From Auanema rhodensis (lineage: Eukaryota > Animalia > Nematoda): a stretch of 64,000 bases of DNA. The position numbers were made by a program, and so were the translations under genes. How positions within the stretch are numbered: the stretch's first letter is position 1; every line of letters begins with the position of its first letter. This document shows positions 49,001-64,000 of this stretch, piece after piece. The stretch covers positions 9,734,001 through 9,798,000 of the forward strand of contig OZ059895.1 in assembly GCA_964057225.1 (NCBI GenBank), read 5' to 3'. A model generated the notes under the pieces. The model was not told the DNA's origin and ran no database searches. It saw nothing but the letters and a program-made list of their open reading frames with translations.

Positions 49001-52000
49001 ACCATTGAATATCAGATATTTTCGCTTACGACCATACCACGTTGAAAGTACGCCATACAGCTGATTTTCAATTTTATCTCTTCCGTAAGATTTGTTTTCA
49101 AATTTCAAGCAGTTTTACTTAAATAGTTCAACCAAAGGAGAGCAAATTATCTTCAATCTTATTCCCATATTACAGTTATAAACCAGTAGTTGTTGAACCT
49201 TCATCTTAACTTTACTGTTTCTATCTATTTCCTATCAAAACAAACATTGTTTAAACACTATGCAACTATGAAACCTTTTTTAATTTATTGTATTTGGAGC
49301 TCATAAGAATTGATATCATTGAGGGATCCAGATGAAACGTGGAAAGTTACATAACTAACATGAAATTGGAAAAAAAAACTATAACGGGGATAAGTATGTT
49401 AACGATTGAATATCAGATATTTTCGCTTACGACCATATCACGTTGAAAGTACGCCATACAGCTGATTTTCAATTTTATCTCTTCCGTAACATATGTTTTC
49501 AATTTTCAAGCAGTTTTACTTAGATAGCTCAACCAAAGGAAAGCAAATTATCTTTAATTTTATTTCTATATTACAGTTATAAACCAGTAGGTAATGAAAC
49601 CTTCATCTTGAATTTACTGTTTCTATCTATTTCCTATCAAAACAAACATTGTTTAAACACTATGCAACTATGAAACCTTTTTTAATTTATTGTATTTGGA
49701 GCTCATAAGAATTGATATCATTGAGGGATCCAGATGAAACGTGGAAAGTTACATAACTAACATGAAATTGGAAAAAAAAACTATAACGGGGATAAGTATG
49801 TTAACGATTGAATATCAGATATTTTCGCTTACGACCATATCACGTTGAAAGTACGCCATACAGCTGATTTTCAATTTTATCTCTTCCGTAACATATGTTT
49901 TCAATTTTCAAGCAGTTTTACTTAAATAGCTCAACCAAAGGAGAGCAAATTATCTTCAATTTTATTTTTATATTACAGTTATAAACCAGTAGGTAATGAA
50001 TCCTTCATCTTGAATTTACTGTTTCTATCTATTTCCTATCAAAACAAACATTGTTTAAACACTATGCAACTATGAAACCTTTTTTAATTTATTGTATTTG
50101 GAGCTCATAAAATTTGATATTATCGAGGGATCCAGATGGAACGTGGAAAATTACATTACTAACATGAAATTGGAAAAAAAAGTATAACAAGGATAAGTAT
50201 GTTAACGATTGAATATCAGATATTTTCGCTTACGACCATACCACGTTGAAAGTACGCCATACAGCTGATTTTCAATTTTATCTTTTCCGTAACAAATGTT
50301 TTCAATTTTCAAGCACTTTTACTTAGATAGCTCAACCAAAGGAAAGCAAATTATCTTCAATTTTATTTTTATATTACAGTTATAAACCAGTAGGTAATGA
50401 ATCCTTCATCTTGAATTTACTGTTTCTATCTATTTCCTATCAAAACAAACATTGTTCAAACACTATGCAACTATGAAACCTTTTTTAATTTATTGTATTT
50501 GGAGCTCATAAAATTTGATATCATCGAGGGATCCAGATGGAACGTGGAAAATTACATAACTAAAATGAAATTGGAAAAAAAAGTATAACAAGGATAAGTA
50601 TGTTAACGATTGAATATCAGATATTTTCGCTTACGACCATACCACGTTGAAAGTACGCCATACAGCTGATTTTCAATTTTATCTTTTCCGTAACAAATGT
50701 TTTCAATTTTCAAGCACTTTTACTTAGATAGCTCAACCAAAGGAAAGCAAATTATCTTCAATTTTATTTCTATATTACAGTTATAAACCAGTAGGTAATG
50801 AAACCTTCATCTTGAATTTACTGTTTCTATCTATTTCCTATCAAAACAAACATTGTTCAAACACTATGCAACTATGAAACCTTTTTTAATTTATTGTATT
50901 TGGAGCTCATAAAATTTGATATTATCGAGGGATCCAGCTGGAACGTGGAAAATTACATTACTAAAATGAAATTGGAAAAAAAAGTATAACAAGGATAAGT
51001 ATGTTAACGATTGAATATCAGATATTTTCGCTTACGACCATACCACGTTGAAAGTACGCCATACAGCTGATTTTCAATTTTATCTCTTCCGTAAGATTTG
51101 TTTTCAAATTTCAAGCAGTTTTACTTAAATAGTTCAACCAAAGGAGAGCAAATTATCTTCAATCTTATTCCCATATTACAGTTATAAACCAGTAGTTGTT
51201 GAACCTTCATCTTAACTTTACTGTTTCTATCTATTTCCTATCAAAACAAACATTGTTTAAACACTATGCAACTATGAAACCTTTTTTAATTTATTGTATT
51301 TGGAGCTCATAAGAATTGATATCATTGAGGGATCCAGATGAAACGTGGAAAGTTACATAACTAACATGAAATTGGAAAAAAAAACTATAACGGGGATAAG
51401 TATGTTAACGATTGAATATCAGATATTTTCGCTTACGACCATATCACGTTGAAAGTACGCCATACAGCTGATTTTCAATTTTATCTCTTCCGTAACATAT
51501 GTTTTCAATTTTCAAGCAGTTTTACTTAAATAGCTCAACCAAAGGAGAGCAAATTATCTTCAATCTTATTTCTATATTACAGTTATAAACCAGTAGTTGT
51601 TGAACCTTCATCTTAACTTTACTGTTTCTATCTATTTCCTATCAAAACAAACATTGTTTAAACACTATGCAACTATGAAACCTTTTTTAATTTATTCTAT
51701 TTGGAGCTCATAAAATTTGATATCATTGAGGGATCCAGATGAAACGTGGAAAATTACATAACTAACATGAAATTGGAAAAAAAAGTATAACGAGGATAAG
51801 TAGGTAAACCATTGAATATCAGATATTTTCGCTTACGACCATACCACGTTGAAAGTACGCCATACAGCTGATTTTCAATTTTATCTTTTCCGTAACAAAT
51901 GTTTTCAATTTTCAAGCACTTTTACTTAGATAGCTCAACCAAAGGAAAGCAAATTATCTTCAATTTTATTTCTATATTACAGTTATAAACCAGTAGGTAA

Positions 52001-55000
52001 TGAATCCTTCATCTTGAATTTACTGTTTCTATCTATTTCCTATCAAAACAAACATTGTTCAAACACTATGCAACTATGAAACCTTTTTTAATTTATTGTA
52101 TTTGGAGCTCATAAAATTTGATATCATCGAGGGATCCAGATGGAACGTGGAAAATTACATAACTAAAATGAAATTGGAAAAAAAAGTATAACAAGGATAA
52201 GTATGTTAACGATTGAATATCAGATATTTTCGCTTACGACCATACCACGTTGAAAGTACGCCATACAGCTGATTTTCAATTTTATCTTTTCCGTAACAAA
52301 TGTTTTCAATTTTCAAGCACTTTTACTTAGATAGCTCAACCAAAGGAAAGCAAATTATTTTCAATTTTATTTCTATATTACAGTTATAAACCAGTAGGTA
52401 ATGAAACCTTCATCTTGAATTTACTGTTTCTATCTATTTCCTATCAAAACAAACATTGTTCAAACACTATGCAACTATGAAACCTTTTTTAATTTATTGT
52501 ATTTGGAGCTCATAAAATTTGATATTATCGAGGGATCCAGCTGGAACGTGGAAAATTACATTACTAACATGAAATTGGAAAAAAAAGTATAACAAGGATA
52601 AGTATGTTAACGATTGAATATCAGATATTTTCGCTTACGACCATACCACGTTGAAAGTACGCCATACAGCTGATTTTCAATTTTATCTTTTCCGTAACAA
52701 ATGTTTTCAATTTTCAAGCACTTTTACTTAGATAGCTCAACCAAAGGAAAGCAAATTATCTTCAATTTTATTTTTATATTACAGTTATAAACCAGTAGGT
52801 AATGAATCCTTCATCTTGAATTTACTGTTTCTATCTATTTCCTATCAAAACAAACATTGTTCAAACACTATGCAACTATGAAACCTTTTTTAATTTATTG
52901 TATTTGGAGCTCATAAAATTTGATATCATCGAGGGATCCAGATGGAACGTGGAAAATTACATAACTAAAATGAAATTGGAAAAAAAAGTATAACAAGGAT
53001 AAGTATGTTAACGATTGAATATCAGATATTTTCGCTTACGACCATACCACGTTGAAAGTACGCCATACAGCTGATTTTCAATTTTATCTTTTCCGTAACA
53101 AATGTTTTCAATTTTCAAGCACTTTTACTTAGATAGCTCAACCAAAGGAAAGCAAATTATCTTCAATTTTATTTCTATATTACAGTTATAAACCAGTAGG
53201 TAATGAAACCTTCATCTTGAATTTACTGTTTCTATCTATTTCCTATCAAAACAAACATTGTTCAAACACTATGCAACTATGAAACCTTTTATAATTTATT
53301 GTATTTGGAGCTCATAAAATTTGATATCATCGAGGGATCCAGATGGAACGTGGAAAATTACATAACTAACATGAAATTGGAAAAAAAAGTATAACAAGGA
53401 TAAGTATGTTAACGATTGAATATCAGATATTTTCGCTTACGACCATACCACGTTGAAAGTACGCCATACAGCTGATTTTCAATTTTATCTTTTCCGTAAC
53501 AAATGTTTTCAATTTTCAAGCACTTTTACTTAGATAGCTCAACCAAAGGAAAGCAAATTATCTTCAATTTTATTTCTATATTACAGTTATAAACCAGTAG
53601 GTAATGAAACCTTCATCTTGAATTTACTGTTTCTATCTATTTCCTATCAAAACAAACATTGTTCAAACACTATGTAACTATGAAAACTTTTTTAATTTAT
53701 TGTATTTGGAGCTCATAAAATTTGATATCATCGAGGGATCCAGATGGAACGTGGAAAATTACATAACTAACATGAAATTGGAAAAAAAAGTATAACGAGG
53801 ATAAGTATGTTAACGATTGAATATCAGATATTTTCGCTTACGACCATACCACGTTGAAAGTATGCCATACAGCTGATTTTCAATTTTATCTTTTCCGTAA
53901 CAAATGTTTTCAATTTTCAAGCACTTTTACTTAGATAGCTCAACCAAAGGAAAGCAAATTATCTTCAATTTTATTTCTATATTACAGTTATAAACCAGTA
54001 GATAATGAACCTTCATCTCGACTTTACTGTTTCTATCTATTTCCTATCGAAACAAACATTGTTTAAACACTATACAACTGTGAAACCTTTTTTAATTTAT
54101 TGTATTTGTAGCTCATAAAATTTTATATCATCGAGGGATCCAGATGGAAGGTGGAAAATTACATAACTAACATGAAATTGGAAAAAAAACTATAACGGGG
54201 ATAAGTATGTTAACGATTGAATATCAGATATTTTCGCTTACGACCATACCACGTTGAAAGTACGCCATACAGCTGATTTTCAATTTTATCTCTTCCGTAA
54301 CATATGTTTTCAATTTTCAAGCAGTTTTACTTAAATAGCTCAACCAAAGGAGAGCAAATTATCTTCAATCTTATTTCTATATTACAGTTATAAACCAGTA
54401 GTTGTTGAACCTTCATCTTAACTTTACTGTTTCTATCTATTTCCTATCAAAACATCATTGTTTAAACACTATACAACTGTGAAACCTTTTTTAATTTATT
54501 GTATTTGGAGCTCATAAAATTTTATATCATCGAGGGATCCAGATGGAAGGTGGAAAATTACATAACTAACATGAAATTGGAAAAAAAACTATAACGGGGA
54601 TAAGTATGTTAACGATTGAATATCAGATATTTTCGCTTACGACCATACCACGTTGAAAGTACGCCATACAGCTGATTTTCAATTTTATCTCTTCCGTAAC
54701 ATATGTTTTCAATTTTCAAGCAGTTTTACTTAAATAGCTCAACCAAAGGAGAGCAAATTATCTTCAATTTTATTTCTATATTACAGTTATAAACCAGTAG
54801 GTAATGAAACCTTCATATTGAATTTACTGTTTCTATCTATTTCCTATTAAAACAAACATTGTTTAAACACTATACAACTGTGAAACCTTTTTTAATTTAT
54901 TGTATTTGTAGCTCATAAAATTTTATATCATCGAGGGATCCAGATGGAAGGTGGAAAATTACATAACTAACATGAAATTGGAAAAAAAACTATAACGGGG

Positions 55001-58000
55001 ATAAGTATGTTAACGATTGAATATCAGATATTTTGGCTTACGACCATACCACGTTGAAAGTACGCCATACAGCTGATTTTCAATTTTATCTCTTCCGTAA
55101 CATATGTTTTCAATTTTCAAGCAGTTTTACTTAAATAGCTCAACCAAAGGAGAGTAAATTATCTTCAATCTTATTTCTATATTACAGTTATAAACCAGTA
55201 GTTGTTGAACCTTCATCTTAACTTTACTGTTTCTATCTATTTCCTATCAAAACATCATTGTTTAAACACTATACAACTGTGAAACCTTTTTTAATTTATT
55301 GTATTTGGAGCTCATAAAATTTTATATCATCGAGGGATCCAGATGGAAGGTGGAAAATTACATAACTAACATGAAATTGGAAAAAAAACTATAACGGGGA
55401 TAAGTATGTTAACGATTGAATATCAGATATTTTCGCTTACGACCATACCACGTTGAAAGTACGCCATACAGCTGATTTTCAATTTTATCTCTTCCGTAAC
55501 ATATGTTTTCAATTTTCAAGCAGTTTTACTTAAATAGCTCAACCAAAGGAGAGCAAATTATCTTCAATTTTATTTCTATATTACAGTTATAAACCAGTAG
55601 GTAATGAAACCTTCATATTGAATTTACTGTTTCTATCTATTTCCTATTAAAACAAACATTGTTCAAACACTATGCAACTATGAAACCTTTTTTAGTTTAT
55701 TGTATTTGGAGCTCATAAAATTTGATATCATCGAGGGATCCAGATGGAACGTGGAAAATTACATTACTAACATGAAATTGGAAAAAAAAGTATAACAAGG
55801 ATAAGTATGTTAACGATTGAATATCAGATATTTTCGCTTACGACCATACCACGTTGAAAGTACGCCATACAGCTGATTTTCAATTTTATCTTTTCCGTAA
55901 CAAATGTTTTCAATTTTCGAGCACTTTTACTTAGATAGCTCAACCAAAGGAAAGCAAATTATCTTCAATTTTATTTTTATATTACAGTTATAAACCAGTA
56001 GGTAATGAATCCTTCATCTTGAATTTACTGTTTCTATCTATTTCCTATCAAAACAAACATTGTTCAAACACTATGCAACTATGAAACCTTTTTTAATTTA
56101 TTGTATTTGGAGCTCATAAAATTTGATATCATCGAGGGATCCAGATGGAACGTGGAAAATTACATAACTAAAATGAAATTGGAAAAAAAAGTATAACAAG
56201 GATAAGTATGTTAACGATTGAATATCAGATATTTTCGCTTACGACCATACCACGTTGAAAGTACGCCATACAGCTGATTTTCAATTTTACATTTTCCGTA
56301 ACAAATGTTTTCACTTTTCAAGCACATTTACTTAGATAGCTCAACCAAAGGAAAGCAAATTATCTTCAATTTTATTTCTATATTACAGTTATAAACCAGT
56401 AGGTAATGAAACCTCCATCTTGAATTTACTGTTTCTATCTATTTCCTATCAAAACAAACATTGTTCAAACACTATGCAACTATGAAACCTTTTTTAATTT
56501 ATTGTATTTGGAGCTCATAAAATTTGATATTATCGAGGGATCCAGCTGGAACGTGGAAAATTACATTACTAACATGAAATTGGAAAAAAAAGTATAACAA
56601 GGATAAGTATGTTAACGATTGAATATCAGATATTTTCGCTTACGACCATACCACGTTGAAAGTACGCCATACAGCTGATTTTCAATTTTATCTTTTCCGT
56701 AACAAATGTTTTCAATTTTCAAGCACTTTTACTTAGATAGCTCAACCAAAGGAAAGCAAATTATCTTCAATTTTATTTTTATATTACAGTTATAAACCAG
56801 TAGGTAATGAATCCTTCATCTTGAATTTACTGTTTCTATCTATTTCCTATCAAAACAAACATTGTTCAAACACTATGCAACTATGAAACCTTTTTTAATT
56901 TATTGTATTTGGAGCTCATAAAATTTGATATCATCGAGGGATCCAGATGGAACGTGGAAAATTACATAACTAAAATGAAATTGGAAAAAAAAGTATAACA
57001 AGGATAAGTATGTTAACGATTGAATATCAGATATTTTCGCTTACGACCATACCACGTTGAAAGTACGCCATACAGCTGATTTTCAATTTTATCTTTTCCG
57101 TAACAAATGTTTTCAATTTTCAAGCACTTTTACTTAGATAGCTCAACCAAAGGAAAGCAAATTATCTTCAATTTTATTTCTATATTACAGTTATAAACCA
57201 GTAGGTAATAAAACCTTCATCTTGAATTTACTGTTTCTATCTATTTCCTATCAAAACAAACATTGTTCAAACACTATGCAACTATGAAACCTTTTTTAAT
57301 TTATTGTATTTGGAGCTCATAAAATTTGATATCATCGAGGGATCCAGATGGAACGTGGAAAATTACATAACTAAAATGAAATTGGAAAAAAAAGTATAAC
57401 AAGGATAAGTATGTTAACGATTGAATATCAGATATTTTCGCTTACGACCATACCACGTTGAAAGTACGCCATACAGCTGATTTTCAATTTTACATTTTCC
57501 GTAACAAATGTTTTCACTTTTCAAGCACTTTTACTTAGATAGCTCAACCAAAGGAAAGCAAATTATCTTCAATTTTATTTCTATATTACAGTTATAAACC
57601 AGTAGGTAATGAAACCTCCATCTTGAATTTACTGTTTCTATCTATTTCCTATCAAAACAAACATTGTTCAAACACTATGCAACTATGAAACCTTTTTTAA
57701 TTTATTGTATTTGGAGCTCATAAAATTTGATATTATCGAGGGATCCAGCTGGAACGTGGAAAATTACATTACTAACATGAAATTGGAAAAAAAAGTATAA
57801 CAAGGATAAGTATGTTAACGATTGAATATCAGATATTTTCGCTTACGACCATACCACGTTGAAAGTACGCCATACAGCTGATTTTCAATTTTATCTTTTC
57901 CGTAACAAATGTTTTCAATTTTCAAGCACTTTTACTTAGATAGCTCAACCAAAGGAAAGCAAATTATCTTCAATTTTATTTTTATATTACAGTTATAAAC

Positions 58001-61000
58001 CAGTAGGTAATGAATCCTTCATCTTGAATTTACTGTTTCTATCTATTTCCTATCAAAACAAACATTGTTCAAACACTATGCAACTATGAAACCTTTTTTA
58101 ATTTATTGTATTTGGAGCTCATAAAATTTGATATCATCGAGGGATCCAGATGGAACGTGGAAAATTACATAACTAAAATGAAATTGGAAAAAAAAGTATA
58201 ACAAGGATAAGTATGTTAACGATTGAATATCAGATATTTTCGCTTACGACCATACCACGTTGAAAGTACGCCATACAGCTGATTTTCAATTTTATCTTTT
58301 CCGTAACAAATGTTTTCAATTTTCAAGCACTTTTACTTAGATAGCTCAACCAAAGGAAAGCAAATTATCTTCAATTTTATTTCTATATTACAGTTATAAA
58401 CCAGTAGGTAATAAAACCTTCATCTTGAATTTACTGTTTCTATCTATTTCCTATCAAAACAAACATTGTTCAAACACTATGCAACTATGAAACCTTTTTT
58501 AATTTATTGTATTTGGAGCTCATAAAATTTGATATCATCGAGGGATCCAGATGGAACGTGGAAAATTACATAACTAACATGAAATTGGAAAAAAAAGTAT
58601 AACAAGGATAAGTATGTTAACGATTGAATATCAGATATTTTCGCTTACGACCATACCACGTTGAAAGTACGCCATACAGCTGATTTTCAATTTTATCTTT
58701 TCCGTAACAAATGTTTTCAATTTTCAAGCACTTTTACTTAGATAGCTCAACCGAAGGAAAGCAAATTATCTTCAATTTTATTTCTATATTACAGTTATAA
58801 ACCAGTAGGTAATGAATCCTTCATCTTGAATTTACTGTTTCTATCTATTTCCTATCAGAACAAACATTGTTCAAACACTATGCAACTATGAAACCTTTTT
58901 TAATTTATTGTATTTGGAGCTCATAAAATTTGATATCATCGAGGGATCCAGATGGAACGTGGAAAATTACATAACTAAAATGAAATTGGAAAAAAAAGTA
59001 TAACAAGGATAAGTATGTTAACGATTGAATATCAGATATTTTCGCTTACGACCATACCACGTTGAAAGTACGCCATACAGCTGATTTTCAATTTTATCTT
59101 TTCCGTAACAAATGTTTTCAATTTTCAAGCACTTTTACTTAGATAGCTCAACCAAAGGAAAGCAAATTATCTTCAATTTTATTTCTATATTACAGTTATA
59201 AACCAGTAGGTAATGAAACCTTCATCTTGAATTTACTGTTTCTATCTATTTCCTATCAAAACAAACATTGTTCAAACACTATGCAACTATGAAACCTTTT
59301 TTAATTTATTGTATTTGGAGCTCATAAAATTTGATATCATCGAGGGATCCAGATGGAACGTGGAAAATTACATAACTAAAATGAAATTGGAAAAAAAAGT
59401 ATAACAAGGATAAGTATGTTAACGATTGAATATCAGATATTTTCGCTTACGACCATACCACGTTGAAAGTACGCCATACAGCTGATTTTCAATTTTACAT
59501 TTTCCGTAACAAATGTTTTCACTTTTCAAGCACTTTTACTTAGATAGCTCAACCAAAGGAAAGCAAATTATCTTCAATTTTATTTCTATATTACAGTTAT
59601 AAACCAGTAGGTAATGAAACCTTCATATTGAGTTTACTGTTTCTATCTATTTCCTATTAAAACAAACATTGTTCAAACACTATGCAACTATGAAACCTTT
59701 TTTAGTTTATTGTATTTGGAGCTCATAAAATTTGATATCATCGAGGGATCCAGATGGAACATGGAAAATTACATAACTAAAATGAAATTGGAAAAAAAAG
59801 TATAACAAGGATAAGTATGTTAACGATTGAATATCAGATATTTTCGCTTACGACCATACCACGTTGAAAGTACGCCATACAGCTGATTTTCAATTTTATC
59901 TTTTCCGTAACAAATGTTTTCAATTTTCAAGCACTTTTACTTAGATAGCTCAACCAAAGGAAAGCAAATTATCTTCAATTTTATTTCTATATTACAGTTA
60001 TAAACCAGTAGGTAATGAAACCTTCATCTTGAATTTACTGTTTCTATCTATTTCCTATCAAAACAAACATTGTTCAAACACTATGCAACTATGAAACCTT
60101 TTTTAATTTATTGTATTTGGAGCTCATAAAATTTGATATTATCGAGGGATCCAGATGGAACGTGGAAAATTACATTACTAACATGAAATTGGAAAAAAAG
60201 TATAACAAGGATAAGTATGTTAACGATTGAATATCAGATATTTTCGCTTACGACCATACCACGTTGAAAGAACGCCATACAGCTGATTTTCAATTTTATC
60301 TTTTCCGTAACAAATGTTTTCAATTTTCAAGCACTTTTACTTAGATAGCTCAACCAAAGGAAAGCAAATTATCTTCAATTTTATTTCTATATTACAGTTA
60401 TAAACCAGTAGGTAATGAAACCTTCATCTTGAATTTACTGTTTCTATCTATTTCCTATCAAAACAAACATTGTTCAAACACTATGCAACTATGAAAACTT
60501 TTTTAATTTATTGTATTTGGAGCTCATAAAATTTGATATCATTGAGGGATCCAGATGAAACGTGGAAAATTACATTACTAACATGAAATTGGAAAAAAAA
60601 GTATAACAAGGATAAGTATGTTAACGATTGAATATCAGATATTTTCGCTTACGACCATACCACGTTGAAAGTACGCCATACAGCTGATTTTCAATTTTAT
60701 CTTTTCCGTAACAAATGTTTTCAATTTTCAAGCACTTTTACTTAGATAGCTCAACCAAAGGAAAGCAAATTATCTTCAATTTTATTTCTATATTACAGTT
60801 ATAAACCAGTAGATAATGAACCTTCATCTCGACTTTACTGTTTCTATCTATTTCCTATCGAAACAAACATTGTTTAAACACTATACAACTGTGAAACCTT
60901 TTTTAATTTATTGTATTTGTAGCTCATAAAATTTTATATCATCGAGGGATCCAGATGGAAGGTGGAAAATTACATAACTAACATGAAATTGGAAAAAAAA

Positions 61001-64000
61001 CTATAACGGGGATAAGTATGTTAACGATTGAATATCAGATATTTTCGCTTACGACCATACCACGTTGAAAGTACGCCATACAGCTGATTTTCAATTTTAT
61101 CTCTTCCGTAACATATGTTTTCAATTTTCAAGCAGTTTTACTTAAATAGCTCAACCAAAGGAGAGCAAATTATCTTCAATCTTATTTCTATATTACAGTT
61201 ATAAACCAGTAGTTGTTGAACCTTCATCTTAACTTTACTGTTTCTATCTATTTCCTATCGAAACAAACATTGTTCAAACACTATGCAACTATGAAACCTT
61301 TTTTAATTTATTGTATTTGGAGCTCATAAAATTTGATATCATTGAGGGATCCAGATGAAACGTGGAAAATTACATAACTAACATGAAATTGGAAAAAAAA
61401 GTATAACGAGGATAAGTAGGTAAACCATTGAATATCAGATATTTTCGCTTACGACCATACCACGTTGAAAGTACGCCATACAGCTGATATTCAATTTTAT
61501 CTCTTCCGTAACAAATGTTTTCAATTTTCAAGCAGTTTTACTTAAATAGCTCAACCAAAGGAGAGCAAATTATCTTCAATCTTATTTCTATATTACAGTT
61601 ATAAACCAGTAGTTGTTGAACCTTCATCTTAACTTTACTGTTTCTATCTATTTCCTATCGAAACAAACATTGTTCAAACACCATGCAACTATAAAACCTT
61701 TTTTAATTTATTGTATTTGGAGCTCATAAAATTTGATATCATTGAGGGATCCAGATGAAACGTGGAAAATTACATAACTAACATGAAATTTGAAAAAAAA
61801 CTATAACGGGGATAAGTATGTTAACGATTGAATATCAGATATTTTCGCTTACGACCATACCACGTTGAAAGTACGCCATACAGCTGATTTTCAATTTTAT
61901 CTCTTCCGTAACATATGTTTCCAATTTTCAAGCAGTTTTACTTAAATAGCTCAACCAAAGGAAAGCAAATTATCTTCAATCTCATTTCTATATTACAGTT
62001 ATAAACCAGTAGTTGTTGAACCTTCATCTTAACTTTACTGTTTCTATCTATTTCCTATCGAAACAAACATTGTTCAAACACTATGCAACTATGAAACCTT
62101 TTTTAATTTATTGTATTTGGAGCTCATAAAATTTGATATCATTGAGGGATCCAGATGAAACGTGGAAAATTACATAACTAACATGAAATTGGAAAAAAAA
62201 GTATAACGAGGATAAGTAGGTAAACCATTGAATATCAGATATTTTCGCTTACGACCATACCACGTTGAAAGTACGCCATACAGCTGATATTCAATTTTAT
62301 CTCTTCCGTAACAAATGTTTTCAATTTTCAAGCAGTTTTACTTAAATAGCTCAACCAAAGGAGAGCAAATTATCTTCAATCTTATTTCTATATTACAGTT
62401 ATAAACCAGTAGTTGTTGAACCTTCATCTTAACTTTACTGTTTCTATCTATTTCCTATCGAAACAAACATTGTTCAAACACCATGCAACTATAAAACCTT
62501 TTTTAATTTATTGTATTTGGAGCTCATAAAATTTGATATCATTGAGGGATCCAGATGAAACGTGGAAAATTACATAACTAACATGAAATTTGAAAAAAAA
62601 CTATAACGGGGATAAGTATGTTAACGATTGAATATCAGATATTTTCGCTTACGACCATACCACGTTGAAAGTACGCCATACAGCTGATTTTCAATTTTAT
62701 CTCTTCCGTAACATATGTTTCCAATTTTCAAGCAGTTTTACTTAAATAGCTCAACCAAAGGAAAGCAAATTATCTTCAATCTCATTTCTATATTACAGTT
62801 ATAAACCAGTAGTTGTTGAACCTTCATCTTAACTTTACTGTTTCTATCTATTTCCTATCGAAACAAACATTGTTCAAACACTATGCAACTATGGAACCTT
62901 TTTTAATTTATTGTATTTGGAGCTCATAAAATTTGATATCATTGAGGGATCCAGATGAAACGTGGAAAATTACATAACTAACATGAAATTGGAAAAAAAA
63001 GTATAACGAGGATAAGTAGGTAAACCATTGAATATCAGATATTTTCGCTTACGACCATACCACGTTGAAAGTACGCCATACAGCTGATTTTCAATTTTAT
63101 CTCTTCCGTAACATATGTTTTCAATTTTCAAGCAGTTTTACTTAAATAGCTAAACCAAAGGAGAGCAAATTATCTTCAATCTTATTTCTATATTACAGTT
63201 ATAAACCAGTAGTTGTTGAACCTTCATCTTAACTTTACTGTTTCTATCTATTTCCTATCAAAACAAACATTGTTTAAACACTATGCAACTATGAAACCCT
63301 TTTTAATTTATTGTATTTGGAGCTCATAAGAATTGATATCATTGAGGGATCCAGATGAAACGTGGAAAGTTACGTAACTAACATGAAATTGGAAAAAAAA
63401 ACTATAACGGGGATAAGTATGTTAACGATTGAATATCAGATATTTTCGCTTACGACCATATCACGTTGAAAGTACGCCATACAGCTGATTTTCAATTTTA
63501 TCTCTTCCGTAACATATGTTTTCAATTTTCAAGCAGTTTTACTTAAATAGCTAAACCAAAGGAGAGCAAATTATCTTCAATCTTATTTCTATATTACAGT
63601 TATAAACCAGTAGTTGTTGAACCTTCATCTTAACTTTACTGTTTCTATCTATTTCCTATCAAAACAAACATTGTTTAAACACTATGCAACTATGAAACCT
63701 TTTTTAATTTATTCTATTTGGAGCTCATAAAATTTGATATCATTGAGGGATCCAGATAAAACGTGGAAAATTACATAACTAACATGAAATTGGAAAAAAA
63801 AGTATAACGAGGATAAGTAGGTAAACCATTGAATATCAGATATTTTCGCTTACGACCATACCACGTTGAAAGTACGCCATACAGCTGATTTTCAATTTTA
63901 TCTTTTCCGTAACAAATGTTTTCAATTTTCAAGCACTTTTACTTAGATAGCTCAACCAAAGGAAAGCAAATTATCTTCAATTTTATTTCTATATTACAGT

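Larger units (their letters stand above)
18959..64000 (+). repeat. Tandem satellite, 400-402 bp monomer (~112 copies), same family; runs off the window end
   Basis: Same monomer continues uninterrupted from the right TSD to 64000; two main variants (401 bp ...CAGTAGGTAATGAAACC..., 400 bp ...CAGTAGTTGTTGAACC...). Confidence 0.99.

Noticed and set aside
18959-64000. CRISPR-like array (constant 33-mer with spacers)
   Set aside because: The intervening sequences are near-identical rather than unique spacers; eukaryotic context; no cas genes

Overview
AT-rich eukaryotic DNA, very probably nematode (40-47 nt introns with TTTCAG/TTTTAG acceptors; nematode-type 5S rRNA 5' sequence). About 48 kb of the window is a head-to-tail 400-401 bp satellite (~120 copies, 1-3145 and 18959-64000). 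Every monomer carries only the first ~33 nt of a 5S rRNA gene, with no internal control region. One monomer is interrupted by an apparently intact 15,813 bp Maverick/Polinton (3146-18958) with AG...CT ends, ~1 kb TIRs and a 6-bp TSD (AATATC). It sits in a 13-bp palindrome just upstream of the 5S +1 position. The element encodes a protein-primed PolB, which I reconstruct as 14 exons/1369 aa with a SIM-like leader, OTU-like protease, Cys clusters and VSR-like nuclease insert. It also encodes major and minor capsid proteins, a basic core-like protein, an adenain-type protease, an A32-like ATPase, two conserved Maverick ORFs, an RVE integrase with chromodomain, a C2H2 zinc-finger protein and a small membrane protein. 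A spliced minus-strand accessory gene, only partly seen by the ORF track, has a canonical APC/C destruction box, CDK-type sites and a Cys4 finger. All exon models are manual predictions.
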